The notes under the pieces were generated by a model, which was not told where the DNA came from, did not search any database, and saw only the letters and a program-made list of their open reading frames with translations. A stretch of DNA of 64,000 bases from Nitrospirota bacterium (GTDB lineage Bacteria > Nitrospirota > UBA9217): NCBI GenBank assembly GCA_963741205.1, contig CAVUHW010000022.1:1-64000 (forward strand). The letters run 5' to 3'. The translations under genes and the position numbers were made by a program. Below are positions 43,672 through 54,764 of this stretch, piece by piece (position 1 is the stretch's first letter; each line of letters begins with the position of its first letter).

Positions 43672-44723
43672 ATGCTTTCCAAAGTCATCAGCTCCGCGGT
43701 CCTTGGCATCGACGCCTACCCTGTAGAAGTCGAAGTCGACGTCGCGAGCAGGGGCCTTCCCTTTCTTCGCCACCGTGGGCCTGCCCGACGCCGCCGTCAA
43801 AGAGAGCAAGGAGCGCGTGCGCGCCGCGCTCAAGAACACGGGCTTCGATTTCCCCCTGAAGCAGGTCGTCGTGAACCTTGCGCCGGCGGACATCAAGAAG
43901 GAAGGCTCCGCCTTCGACCTGCCGATTGCGATCGGCATGCTGATCGCGGAGGGGATCATCACCAGGAGCAGGCGTCCGGCTTCCTCATCGTGGGCGAGCT
44001 CTCGCTCGACGGCCGCGTCAAGCCCGTGCGCGGCGCGCTTTCGATGGCCGTGCTCGCGAAAAAGGCCGGGATACCGGGGCATGGTGGTTCCGGCAGACAA
44101 CGCGCAGGAGGCGGCCGTCGTCGAGTCGGTGAGGATCTTCGGCATGCAGACCCTGCCGCAGGTCGTGGAGTTTCTCTTTGGCCATGCTCCCCGCCGAGCC
44201 GGTTCGCGTCGATGTCCGGGACGCCTTTGAGACCTACTCCGCGTACCAGGAAGACTTCTCCGAGGTAAGAGGGCAGGAGCATGCGAAGCGCGCCATCGAG
44301 GTCGCCGCTGCCGGCGGCCACAACATCATCATGATCGGCCCTCCGGGCTCGGGCAAGACCATGCTCGCGCGCCGGCTTCCCTCCGTCCTTCCCCAGATGA
44401 GCTTCGACGAGTCCATCGAGACGACGAAGATCCACAGCGTCATGGGGCTTCTCCGTCAGGGCCAGCCTCTCATCGCGACGAGACCGTTTCGGAGCCCGCA
44501 CCACACCATTTCGGATGCGGGCCTGATAGGCGGCGGACAGGTCCCAAAGCCGGGCGAGGTGAGCCTGTCGCACAACGGGGTGCTCTTCCTGGACGAGCTC
44601 CCGGAGTTCAAAAGAAACGTGCTCGAGGCGCTCCGGCAGCCGCTCGAAGACGGCCAGGTCACAATATCGCGCGCCGTGACCTCGCTCACCTATCCCGCCT
44701 CACTCATGCTCGTCGCCGCCATG
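43672..44723 (+). pseudogene. comM: ComM/YifB Mg-chelatase-like AAA+ ATPase, 5' part (interrupted)
   Basis: [44 protein letters not shown]; homology stops at MLVAAM. Confidence 0.92.
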
Positions 44724-45317
44724 CATGCTCTGTTGTTATGCTCAGCACGATGGGCACTAACTACGACAAGAAAATGAATCGAGATACATCAAGAGATGAA
44801 CATACATAAGTCTGTTTGGGAAACCCGTGTCAGCTTGGACTTTCAGCACTCCTCTTATATCCAGAGGATATACCTGCAGTGAGGTTGTGCTTCCATAACG
44901 TTGAAAACTCAATACAAGCAGCGGACAGAGATCGTTGGTTTTGAAGTATATACGATTAAAGGTGTCGTGCGAACTGATCATGCTAGCGAGGCAGTATATG
45001 TACTTTTGGGTGACGTCGCCATGCTGGGTCTTGCTGAATTAATTTTTTCCCCATATGCTGTTTCTATATGGATTGAAGAGCGATTCTACTGAAAAGAATA
45101 TGACTATCTGGTATGGAATCAACAATACATTTGAAGTCGGTGAAATTGAATACAGTGAAACTCACAGAATTTATCACATTTATCCCTAGCGACTGTCGAG
45201 AATATTTCAGTAAATGACTTGAAACGTAAGCAGCCATTTTGTAACACGCCGCGAGAGGAACACTAGAAGCATCACCTCAAAAGGGGAACGTCAGGCAAAA
45301 CCTGATGCATCGAAAAA

Positions 45318-45980
45318 ATGAGAACATTGCTTAAGGAATTGGAGCTCGCGTGCGGTACTTTTCTAGCTGTTGTGTTATTGAGCGGCTGCATTTGGGGAGT
45401 CAAAAAGGTAGAAATTACGCACGGTCCGCTGAACCCGATCCAAAACAAAATAGAGGGCATAATTGGTGTGAAGCCATTTACTGATGCGCGAGAAGGAAAT
45501 CGACGAAAGAACGGCACTGTGTACGTTGCAGCTGGGACCGTGGGTTCTGTCGAGTTAAAGGGGGATTCTCATTTGGGTGATATATTTGCCGGATATGTGG
45601 TCGAAACCTTGGAAAACGCAGGGTATCAGGCTGTCATCATGGATTTCGCGTTTCAGGTACAATCCGCTGCTACTGAGAAGGTTCCTGTGATTTTGGAAGG
45701 ATGATCTCAAAATTCTCGGTAAATACTATGCCTCTAAGCACGGTGGAGGTCACTCTCCTATTGCGTGATGCAGAAAACGAGGATGTTCTATGGTCAACAA
45801 CTATCTATGGGTATGGCGAGGGCACGCTTTGGACAGGTGCTCAATCAGAATTTGAGGATTGTTGTCCGTCAAGCCGTCGATGAGGCCCTAAACCAAGCAG
45901 CTACAGAGTTTGTTTCGGACGCTTTCTACGAAAAGATAAAAAGATCAAACTCACCACCTGTGCCAAATACAATGCGTTGA
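45318..45980 (+). CDS. Hypothetical lipoprotein (YajG-like; frameshifted)
   Basis: Lipobox LSGC, VKPFTDAR; continues through ORFs 45701 and 45765. Confidence 0.55.
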
Positions 45981-46403
45981 AGTGTAATGAAAGCTTTTTT
46001 AGTTTCGTTTTACGCAAATAGACATCTCATGACAATGTGGACTGGTAATCTCGGACTCATATATCCTCTATATTTAAGTATCAAACAGTTTTCTGCACTT
46101 CCCAAGTAAGGAGCTTGACTACAACCTTGTAGAGATGGTGTTGATGCCGACTGAGAAAAGTCAGCCCGATCTATTCTGGTCGAAACGTTCAGCAACAACG
46201 TCATCCTGAACTCGACAAATTCCATATCTTTCGAAAGACAACAGTTCACCAAGAAATAATCAATTATAGGATTTGACATGAGAACCGAACGAGTCTAATA
46301 TCGAACCATATTTGCACTGTCATTTTGCCTCCCGTGTTACCAATACGGGATGCAGATTGAAGCAAGGTTATTCTGGCAGGCACTTTTAAAATTGAGGCAA
46401 GGA

Positions 46404-46490
46404 ATGAAAGCACTTACGATCAAGCAGTCTTGGGTTCACGCCATCCTTCACGAAGGAAATGACATCGAGACTCGTTCGTGGAGTCGTAGT
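46404..46490 (+). pseudogene. ASCH-domain N-terminal remnant
   Basis: MKALTIKQSWVHAILHEGNDIETRSW matches the ASCH start MKALSIxQPWA..GxKxxExRxW. Confidence 0.55.
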
Positions 46491-47162
46491 AGATATGTCG
46501 AGGCTGAATATTACCAAGAAGGCGCGAAAGACAAAAAAGATCCTGATGATAGCAGGTCATGGTGCTCGCAGCGTGTCCAGCAGCGCGAAGGTGAACGATG
46601 AAGTCCTTGATCAGGTGTGATATTGCTTGCTTCCGGCATAATATTCTCCTCTCCGATTTTTAGCGCCCTAAGCGTGAAACTGTTCGGGCTTTTGCCGGAG
46701 ATGATACGCCGGAATCAGGAGAAGATCGTGCTGCGAAAGAGGATTTTGACTATGTGGAGACCGGGTCGCTTGCGACAAAGGGCTTTCGAAAATAGGTAAA
46801 GGATGACAGAAGAGCCTGCTCTACGGGCAGGGGACGAAGGCATATGGACGCGATTTTCGACACTGACGTATATCTGCTTGATTGTGGGGCGCGAGAACCC
46901 TACGATTATTCAGGACAAAACTTCCCGTGTCGCAAGCGGCTCGATGAAAAATGTCGAAAATCGGTTTTCGATAAACGTGCAGTGCTTTAACTACTTTGTA
47001 TTAAAAAAAATCCAGATGGGCATATCTGCCCACCTGGAAAAGTGTAATGATTTTAACGGTTCCCAGAATATTCATTCTGAGAAATGGAGATTTAAAAAAA
47101 AAGACGGCGCACCGGTAACAGACCCGATAAGCGGCCTTCTCGCAGATTCAAGCGCACAAGCC

Positions 47163-47684
47163 CTACTTCGGAACGTCCGTCGCTTTCGATTTCACCGTGT
47201 AGTCTATGCCCACGTCGGATGCCTGTTTTTGCCTTACCACTTTAATGAATCCATATCCCAGGCCGACATGACAACTGTTGCAGCTCGCAATAACCGCGTT
47301 GTATTTCCTATCGAAGGCCTTAAAATCCTGGGCCATGATCGCCTTGTTCACCGGATCGAAGGTATTCTTGTAAAAATTTTCCCATGCAGGGTATTAAGCC
47401 GTTTTCGTGAACTTTGCAGGGTTCATAGCCGCATTCATATACTTTGACATATACGCTGCGAGACCCCAATTGCCGCCCTGGGCTGCGGAAAACATATCCT
47501 GGAAACGGTCGCCGACTTCACGCATCGGTACGGCGAATTTCGGTATCGCATTCTTTACCGCATCGATCTGCTTCTGCAAATCATCCTGCTTTGGCATTTG
47601 AATTTTCACGGCCTGGACGGCATTCATGCCGATAAACGACAACACCCCTGCCATAGCAATAAAGATGACGACTTTTCTCAGCAT
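47163..47684 (-). CDS. Exported monoheme c-type cytochrome, class II-like (frameshift near 47395)
   Basis: Signal peptide; helical body; single CNSCH near the C-terminus. Confidence 0.75.
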
Positions 47685-47792
47685 AGTGGAACTCCTTTCA
47701 AAACTGATTTTAAGTTCGACTGTCCCGCGCTTCACTGCAAAACCTCAATCCTTCAACTTGTTTCATCATCACCTCCTTGTCTGAAGCAGCGT

Positions 47793-48631
47793 CTATTTTT
47801 TTTCCTCATGGGGGCCAAAGGTGTACTGATACGCAAGGTAAGCCGAGACCCGGTTATCACCATGGATGTCGCTTCCGACGGAGAAAAGCACGTGGTGGGC
47901 GTCGGTGACATTCACAATCGCACCCACATTGTAACCGAGACGGGATTTTGCGTCATCCGCATCCTTGGTCTGCGTAATAATTCTGCGCTGATCGTCAGCA
48001 GCTCGGACATTGCACGCTGCACTTGCCAGCCGAAAAACCAGTAGTCCTTGTTGCCTTCACCTGGATTTCGCCAGTAACCGCCGCCGCCGTAGGTTTGCCA
48101 CGGGCCCCAGGCCTTCTGCAGCCAGAGAGGAATAAAAATCCTCGTGTGTCCCGCGCCCAACCCCTTATCGCTGTCGCCGGTAGGCAATGTCACGATGGGG
48201 AAAGTCCCCACCATGAAGTGAGCATCCTCATCGTTTATGAAACGATACTTGATCCCCACCTCCGTGTCGCCGTAGCCGCGCTGCGTGGGCTCCCCCTCCG
48301 GCTTGTCGTATACAAACGGCGTGATAAGATGGAGCATGACATTGGGTACGACTCCATAGTTAAGCTCAAAATGCGGGGCGGTGCCGGAGGTCGCGTCCTT
48401 GTCCTTCGCGTACTGTGTGGCGACGTAAAACTCTCCATGCTTGTAATCCACGGGCTCCGGGTCGTCGGTAACAAAAGGCGGTCCGGCCCAGGTCTTGCCG
48501 ATGCCGATACCCATGACACACAAAATTGCTGCGAGGAGCGCTGCCAAGCGAGGCAGGAGCGCGGAGAACTGAATAATACTACCCTTTCCGGTCAAATATG
48601 AGATTCTACGACGGGAACAATCTATTTGCAT
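47793..48631 (-). CDS. Putative outer-membrane beta-barrel/transporter-like protein (GPPFxTDDP family; frameshifted)
   Basis: AGPPFVTDDPEP, GDTEVGIKYRF, alternating aromatic strands. Confidence 0.65.
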
Positions 48632-49400
48632 ATTTACTCCTTTTATTTTGAATTTATTAAGCAAGTTTCCAGAATACTCATTATGGGAAATGGAGATTTC
48701 AAAGACAAAACACCTGACCCCAGAAGCCCAGGTTATCGTCATCCACCTGGAATCACCGGGTCAACATTGAAACCACCAAGCGCCGACATATTTCGTCGCT
48801 CAAAAAAAGGACGCTCATTCGCAGCAATCGATATATTGTTGTAGATATCATATATATTCACGCCTTTGGAAGCATCCTTCTAACCCTCATGAAAATATGG
48901 ATTAGTATAATGAATCCATAGTCGCGGGTCAATCGAAAACAATGGAAAATCCATTATTCTTTTTGCCGCCTTTTCCAGCGATGAGGAGTTCTGTAAACTG
49001 CGGCACAAAACGCTGCGAGAACGAGGAGCTCGAGACCAATCTCCCTGTGGGGGATGGCTCAGCTGCCGCATTCTACATGTTTCAACCCGTATTTCGCAAT
49101 ATTCCAATCGAATGCAACGTGACCTTGTAGGTGATTTCGATAAGTGCGAAGAGGTTAAGAGTTAACAAATTCCGGTTAAACTATTCGTTCAAACTTCTAT
49201 CGGAACTATTGAATGACGGGGAAACCAGTTTATCGACAAATTACCCGGAGGGTAGATAACATTTTCGAAAAAGTGAAAAGCGTTCGAAATAAGAAAGCAT
49301 CATAGCCAACTTCTTGTCAGACGATGCACCGAAAGTCAACGTGCTCTCTGCCCGTAGCGCGGCTTTTGTCTGACTTCCGCGGGATTACCTTATTGCCCTC

Positions 49401-49800
49401 TCAAGGAATTTTCTTATAAACTGCGTTCTTCGTTTTGCAGGGTTTTATCCCATTGCTCAGCCAAGTCGAGTAACTGTTCCGGATCCCGATCCATGGCTGC
49501 TCCCAAGCGCTCGAACGACATCCCGTTGTAGGACGGTTTTGAAATACGCAGCCGGCCAAGTAGTATCGTCCGGGCACTCGAAAGGCACGTACCCGAGAAA
49601 TGCGATAATCTTCGGGATGTGCACCAAGTCCGGCTCGTTCCCGCGCTCCCAGTCCGTATACTGTCGCCTCCGAAACGCCGGTACTTTCTGCAACCTCCCG
49701 CTTGTATAGTCCCAGGTCCATTCGGTGCTTCCGAACGTGCTCGCCGATGGTTTTGGATTCTCAGCGGCTATAGTTGGTCGAGGAACAGCCATGTTGAATA
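49401..49800 (-). pseudogene. XRE-type helix-turn-helix regulator at the right end of the insertion (frameshifted)
   Basis: KTIGEHVRKHRMDLGL..EVAE..GVSEATV..WERG..KIIAFLGYVPF across frames. Confidence 0.7.
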
Positions 49801-49823
49801 AGGGTACTTTGCAAACCTCACTG

Positions 49824-50306
49824 AACCCCTGCAAGTGCGGAAACTGGGGAGATCCGCAGCACCAGTGTCAATGCACACCTCACCAGGTGCAGACCTACCG
49901 GTCGCGCGTCTCCGGCCCGCTCATGGACAGGATCGATATCCACATTGAAGTTCCCGCGATAAAGTTCGACGAAATCTCGTCGGACAAACCCGCCGAACCA
50001 TCGGATGCGATCCGCGAGCGGGTGACGAAAGCGCGGGCAATACAATATGCCCGCTTCATGAACGACGGCATCTACGCCAACGCGCACATGAAGCCGAGGC
50101 ATATCCGGAAGTACTGCAAGATAGACGAAGACTCACTGAGGCTCATGGAAACGGCCATGAACCGGCTGGGTCTTTCGGCCCGGGCGTATAACCGCATCCT
50201 CAAAGTGGCGCGAACGATCGCGGATATCGAGAGCAGCCAGAGGATCGCGACCGAACACATTTCGGAAGCGATTCAGTACCGCAGTCTGGACAGAAGGATG
50301 AGCTGA
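49824..50306 (+). pseudogene. comM: ComM/YifB, 3' part
   Basis: NPCKCG, CQCTP, SGPLMDRIDI, LSARAYNRILKVARTIAD, EAIQYR. Confidence 0.92.
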
Positions 50307-50408
50307 ACTGCTTATTATGAGACGCCTTGTCTCTTCCAGCCCAAAGCGGAGCGCCGTAGTCATCACGGAGCCCCGGCACTACGGCGCCCCATTGCGAGCT
50401 CGTTTACC

Positions 50409-51009
50409 TTACTTCTCCGGGCCGTCTTCTTTTTTCTCCCTCTCCTGAGCAACACCCTTTCGATCATATGAGGGTCTCATCCCGCCCGGCCTCTTTCCGT
50501 CCCTCATGAAAGCAGCTTCCTGCTCTTCTTTGAACTTTTTTCTCTGCTCGGGCGTCAGGAGGGCCTTGATCTCCTCCCTGGCCTTGATGTGCGAAAGACG
50601 CAGGTCCGTTCGCATTGATTCGGTTTTCTTGAGCTTCGCTTCGACAGCGCCCATATCCACCGAATCCTTATGCAGAAGTTCTCTCAGCTCGACTCCTGCT
50701 ATTTCGAGGTCCGCCCTCTTTTTGATGGTCTCCTTCATTGCCCGGCTGCTGATCTCCTTAATCGCGTCCTTCTGTTTTTCGGTGAGATCGAGACTCATGA
50801 GCCTCTTGCCACAGGAAATGCATGGCCTCCGGAGAGCTGTTCATAAATCCTGTTCCGGGGCCCGCCATCCACGGACCTCTGTGCATGCCGTCATCCATGC
50901 CGCCCTGAGCCATATGACTGCCGCTTGCACATGGCCCGGCATAAGACCCGTTCGCTGCTGCAACCAAAAATAAAAAGCTGGCAAAAAACCCGATCCAAAA
51001 TCTCTTCAT
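50409..51009 (-). CDS. Spy/CpxP-like periplasmic protein (frameshifted)
   Basis: Signal peptide, Met/Gly-rich leader, LDLTEKQK and LLTPEQR motifs. Confidence 0.8.
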
Positions 51010-51077
51010 GTTACGTTCTCCTTTCGATCGTCGTCAAATTTAACCACCGTTCCTGGGCTCAACTATACCGATCGAAT

Positions 51078-51108
51078 GTGGAGCTAATAGGGAAGAATTG
51101 AGGAAATG
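51078..51108 (-). promoter_or_regulatory. Putative response-regulator (BaeR) binding site
   Basis: 26/31 identical to 52369-52399; TATAGT -10 just downstream on the minus strand. Confidence 0.6.
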
Positions 51109-51279
51109 CTGCCGCTTTCTTATTTATTGTTATTTCCGATGTGCTGCCTCAGACCGCGGAGATGTGAAGGTAAAGGACGAATGGAAGGTTTGTGTTTTTC
51201 AGCGTCTCTCAGGAGTATTGCCTGTTTTCGATGCAGAAGATCCTGCGAATATTTTTTCCTGCTCAATTCTCATCCTCAA

Positions 51280-51847
51280 TTATGGTACGGGCTGCAGAGG
51301 CTTAGGCGGTGGAGGCGCTACCTGAGGCTGATAGATATCGGGCGGCGCGGATTCCATGCCCGATGGGGGAGGCGGCGGTGGAGTCATCCGAACCCGATAA
51401 GATCGTCTCATCCCTGGAATCAGGTTCCCATTGGCGGACATGCACTGTTGATAGGCGATATCATACCGATACTGCGCCTGCCATCCGTAAAACTGGCCCG
51501 AATTGGCGCCTGTTGCGGTTCCGATGAGAAGCCCGCTTGCAGCGCCGAACGCCGCAGCCGAACCGACATTGCCTGAGGCGGCCCCAAGGGCGGCACCGAG
51601 ACCTGCTCCAACCGCAGTGCCGATCGCGGCCCCTGCGGCAGTATTTTTATTAACGATCTCCTGAGGAGTGAGCCCGATCTGCTGTTGTGACCATTGCCTG
51701 CACATGATGTCCTCGGTCTGGAACAGATCAAAGGGCTTGTCCGGGCGGCGGCAATACCATTACTCTGGGACCGCTCGGGATGGTCGCACATCCCCCTGCT
51801 ACCAACAGGACGACAAAAATCAAGAATGTTCGCTTGCCCGTTCTCAT
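51280..51847 (-). CDS. Glycine-zipper lipoprotein (frameshifted)
   Basis: GGC lipobox, GAAIGTAVGAGLGA, YDIAYQQCM, Pro-rich tail. Confidence 0.7.
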
Positions 51848-51854
51848 GATGACT

Positions 51855-52211
51855 TCACTCCCTCCCCTTTGGCGGACTCTGTGGAGGAACAACCTTTAGC
51901 CACCCGCTGGGGCATTGTTTCACGTAGGGGTAATAGGCTTTGAAGTCCGGACAGAAATACCAGTAATATTGCTGTTCCTGCACCTGGGGAGCCTGTTGCT
52001 CATAAACGGGATATTGCTGCTGCATCACAACAGGCGGCGCCGCGTAATAATAGGGATAGTATGGCGGACCCCAACCCCACCCGGGACCCCATCCCGGTCC
52101 GATCCAAATGCCGCCCCCCACAAAAGCCCCGCCATGCGCAGAGACGGGTAAGACGCCTGTAAAGAGGAGGACACTGACAGCCAAAATGAGAAAAATTATT
52201 TTTTTCATCAT
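51855..52211 (-). CDS. Small exported Pro/Tyr/Trp-rich hypothetical protein
   Basis: Signal peptide; YWYFCPD..YYPYVKQCPSGW. Confidence 0.75.
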   Translation of the reverse strand: MMKKIIFLILAVSVLLFTGVLPVSAHGGAFVGGGIWIGPGWGPGWGWGPPYYPYYYAAPPVVMQQQYPVYEQQAPQVQEQQYYWYFCPDFKAYYPYVKQCPSGWLKVVPPQSPPKGRE

Positions 52212-52368
52212 AAACTCTCTTTCTCCATTATCGGCTGTAGAACATTGCCTCCATTCTTTGGTCGCAGATATTTGTTGAAACATTATTGATCCTCAGGGTC
52301 TTATGATCATGACCCATGGAATCTTGAACGGTTCTACAACTGTCTCTAACTAAAATATACCTCTAATC

Positions 52369-52399
52369 GTGGAGCAAATATGGAAAGAATGAGGAAATG
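52369..52399 (-). promoter_or_regulatory. Putative response-regulator (BaeR) binding site
   Basis: Second copy of the 31-bp motif, between divergent genes. Confidence 0.6.
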
Positions 52400-52475
52400 T
52401 CGGTTACCCTGGTTCTTCCATCTTGACGGCATGACACGAAACGATATAGATTGAAGAAGGAGGAAAAAGACCTCG

Positions 52476-53911
52476 ATGAAAATGGGGCTTACCTATCGTT
52501 TGTTTCTCTCCATTCTGGGCGCGACGTGCCTGGCCATACTCGCTCTATTCCTGATCATGCGCTGGAGTGTCGATCGGGAATTTTACCGGTACCTCGGCAC
52601 CGTGGACCAGGCCCGGCTGGAGCAGATTGCGAATGAGCTTGGACGGTGATATGAAGAACAGGGAAGTTGGAAGTTTCTCGGTCACGGAAGCTCCCCGGTG
52701 GGACATCGGAGGCTTAATGATCCCGCCCGATCATGAGGCCGCGCGAATGCCGGACGCGGAAGGCGAGGGGCGCGGGCATGGTCAGCGCCCGTTCGGGCCT
52801 CAATCGCTTCATCGCAGGGGCGCCGGACGCCTCGTTGTTCTGGATGCGGACCGGACACCCTGTCCTCGGTTCTTATCCCAAAGATGAAGAAGTGAATTTC
52901 CGGCCTGTTATCGCCCGCGGCGAGAACGTGGGCTTTGTCGGCTTTTTATCGCCGAAACACTTCCTGCATCCGATGCAGGTCCGGTTCCTGACGCAGCAGC
53001 GGCTTGCCCTGTCTTTGGCTGCCGCGGGCATGGTGCTGGTTGTCATGGTCATTTCCCTGCCTCTTGCGCGCAGGCTGGTCAAGCCGGTCAAGGCGATGGC
53101 CGCCGCAACTCATGAAATCGCCTCCGGCCGCTATGCGACACGTATTCCCGTAACTTCATCGGATGAACTGGGTATGCTTGCCCGTGACTTCAACGACATG
53201 GCATTGACGCTCGAGAAACATGAGAAGGAACGACGCCAATGGGTCGCAGACATATCGCACGAGCTGCGGACGCCCATCGCAGTTCTGCAGGGAGAAATAG
53301 AGGCACTCCTGGACGGCATCCGCAAGGTCACGCCCGAGACGGTTCGTTCTCTTCATGCGGAAGTGCTCCGTCTGAACCGTCTTGTCGAAGACCTTTACCA
53401 TCTTTCACTTTCCGATATCGGCGCGTTGACATACCGTAAGGAGGACCTCGATCTCGCAGGGGCGCTGTCGTCGTCCCTGGAAGCTTACCGCGCCGAGTTC
53501 GGTCACAAGGGCATTGCCGTTACGGCTAATATTTCCGAAAAAGAGGTCATTGTCTTTGCAGATCCGGAACGGCTTGCCCAGCTTTTTGCAAACCTGTTCG
53601 AAAATTCCCTGAGATACACCGATGCGGGCGGCGAGCTTACCGTCAACCTCGTGTCAGCGAACGATCATGTGGTTATCGAAATTCAGGATTCGAAACCCGG
53701 CGTTTCTGCCGAGGACCTGGAAAAACTTTTTGAGAGGCTTTTCCGAGTGGAGGGGTCACGAAACAGAACCTCAGGAGGAGCGGGACTCGGTCTTGCAATC
53801 TGCAAGAACATCGTCGAGGCCCACGAGGGAACAATCTCCGCGCATCACTCGCCGCTTGGCGGCCTGCTGATCAGAGTCACCCTGCCGGTCCCGGGAGGCG
53901 GCCATGGGTGA
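52476..53911 (+). CDS. baeS: Sensor histidine kinase, BaeS-like (frameshifted)
   Basis: [30 protein letters not shown]. Confidence 0.85.
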
Positions 53912-54582
53912 AAAAATACTCATCGTCGAGGACGAACCGAAGCTCGCAACGGTCCTGGCAGACTATCTAAAAGCCGCAGGGTTTGAAACCGGTATTCTGG
54001 ACAACGGAACGGATGTCGTTCCCTGGATCAGGGACCGGAAACCCGAACTGGTCCTGCTGGATGTGATGCTGCCGGGACGAAGCGGCATGGAGGTTTGCAA
54101 GGATATCAGAACATTCTCCAGCGTTCCCATTATCATGGTTACCGCCAGGGTCGAGGAAATCGATCGTTTGCTCGGGCTTGAACTCGGGGCGGACGATTAC
54201 ATCTGCAAACCCTTCAGCCCGCGGGAAGTCGTTGCAAGGGTCAAGGCCGTCCTCCGGCGCACCCATCGACGGACGGACAATGCGGGCAGAAGGGCTCGTT
54301 CTTGATGAACAGCGCTACCAGGCGACCCTGGGCGGCCGTGACCTGGGACTCACGGCCGTTGAGTTCAAGCTCTTGCAGCTCCTGGTCGAGCATCCCGGGC
54401 GGATCTATGGACGTCAGCAAATCATGGAAAAAATCTACCCGGACGACAGGTTTGTCAGCGACCGCACGGTCGACAGCCATATTAAGAAGTTGCGGAGAAA
54501 AATCGAGGTTGTCGATCCCCGGACGACGCTTATTCAATCCGTGTACGGCGTCGGGTATAAATTCGAGCCCGAATCGGAGTAA
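53904..54582 (+). CDS. baeR: OmpR-family response regulator, BaeR-like (frameshift near 54265)
   Basis: [44 protein letters not shown]. Confidence 0.85.
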
Positions 54583-54764
54583 CAGGCGCCGGCGCATCCC
54601 AGGTTTCATTTATTAAAAAAGAATACAACGTTGACAGTTGTGTCAGATCAGTGCTACCATGCCCAACGGATTTCTTCCTACTATTCTCAACGGACACAAT
54701 CATACATCAATTCCCAGGTGTAGATGGCTTACGAAACAGGGACAATCATTGTGAGGCCAAGACG

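Larger units (their letters stand above)
44724..49823. mobile_element. 5.1-kb insertion in comM, degenerate or non-autonomous
   Basis: Removing it restores GCCGCCATG-AACCCCTGC (AAMNPC); TG at both junctions; AT-richer than the flanks. Confidence 0.8.

Noticed and set aside
48975-49035. Fluoride-riboswitch-like GCGATGAGGAGTTC..TAAAC
   Set aside because: It lacks the pairing and downstream pseudoknot partner, and no matching gene follows on that strand
44724-49823. Intron or intein in comM
   Set aside because: The insert is not in frame, has genes on both strands, and shows no RT/maturase or splicing motifs
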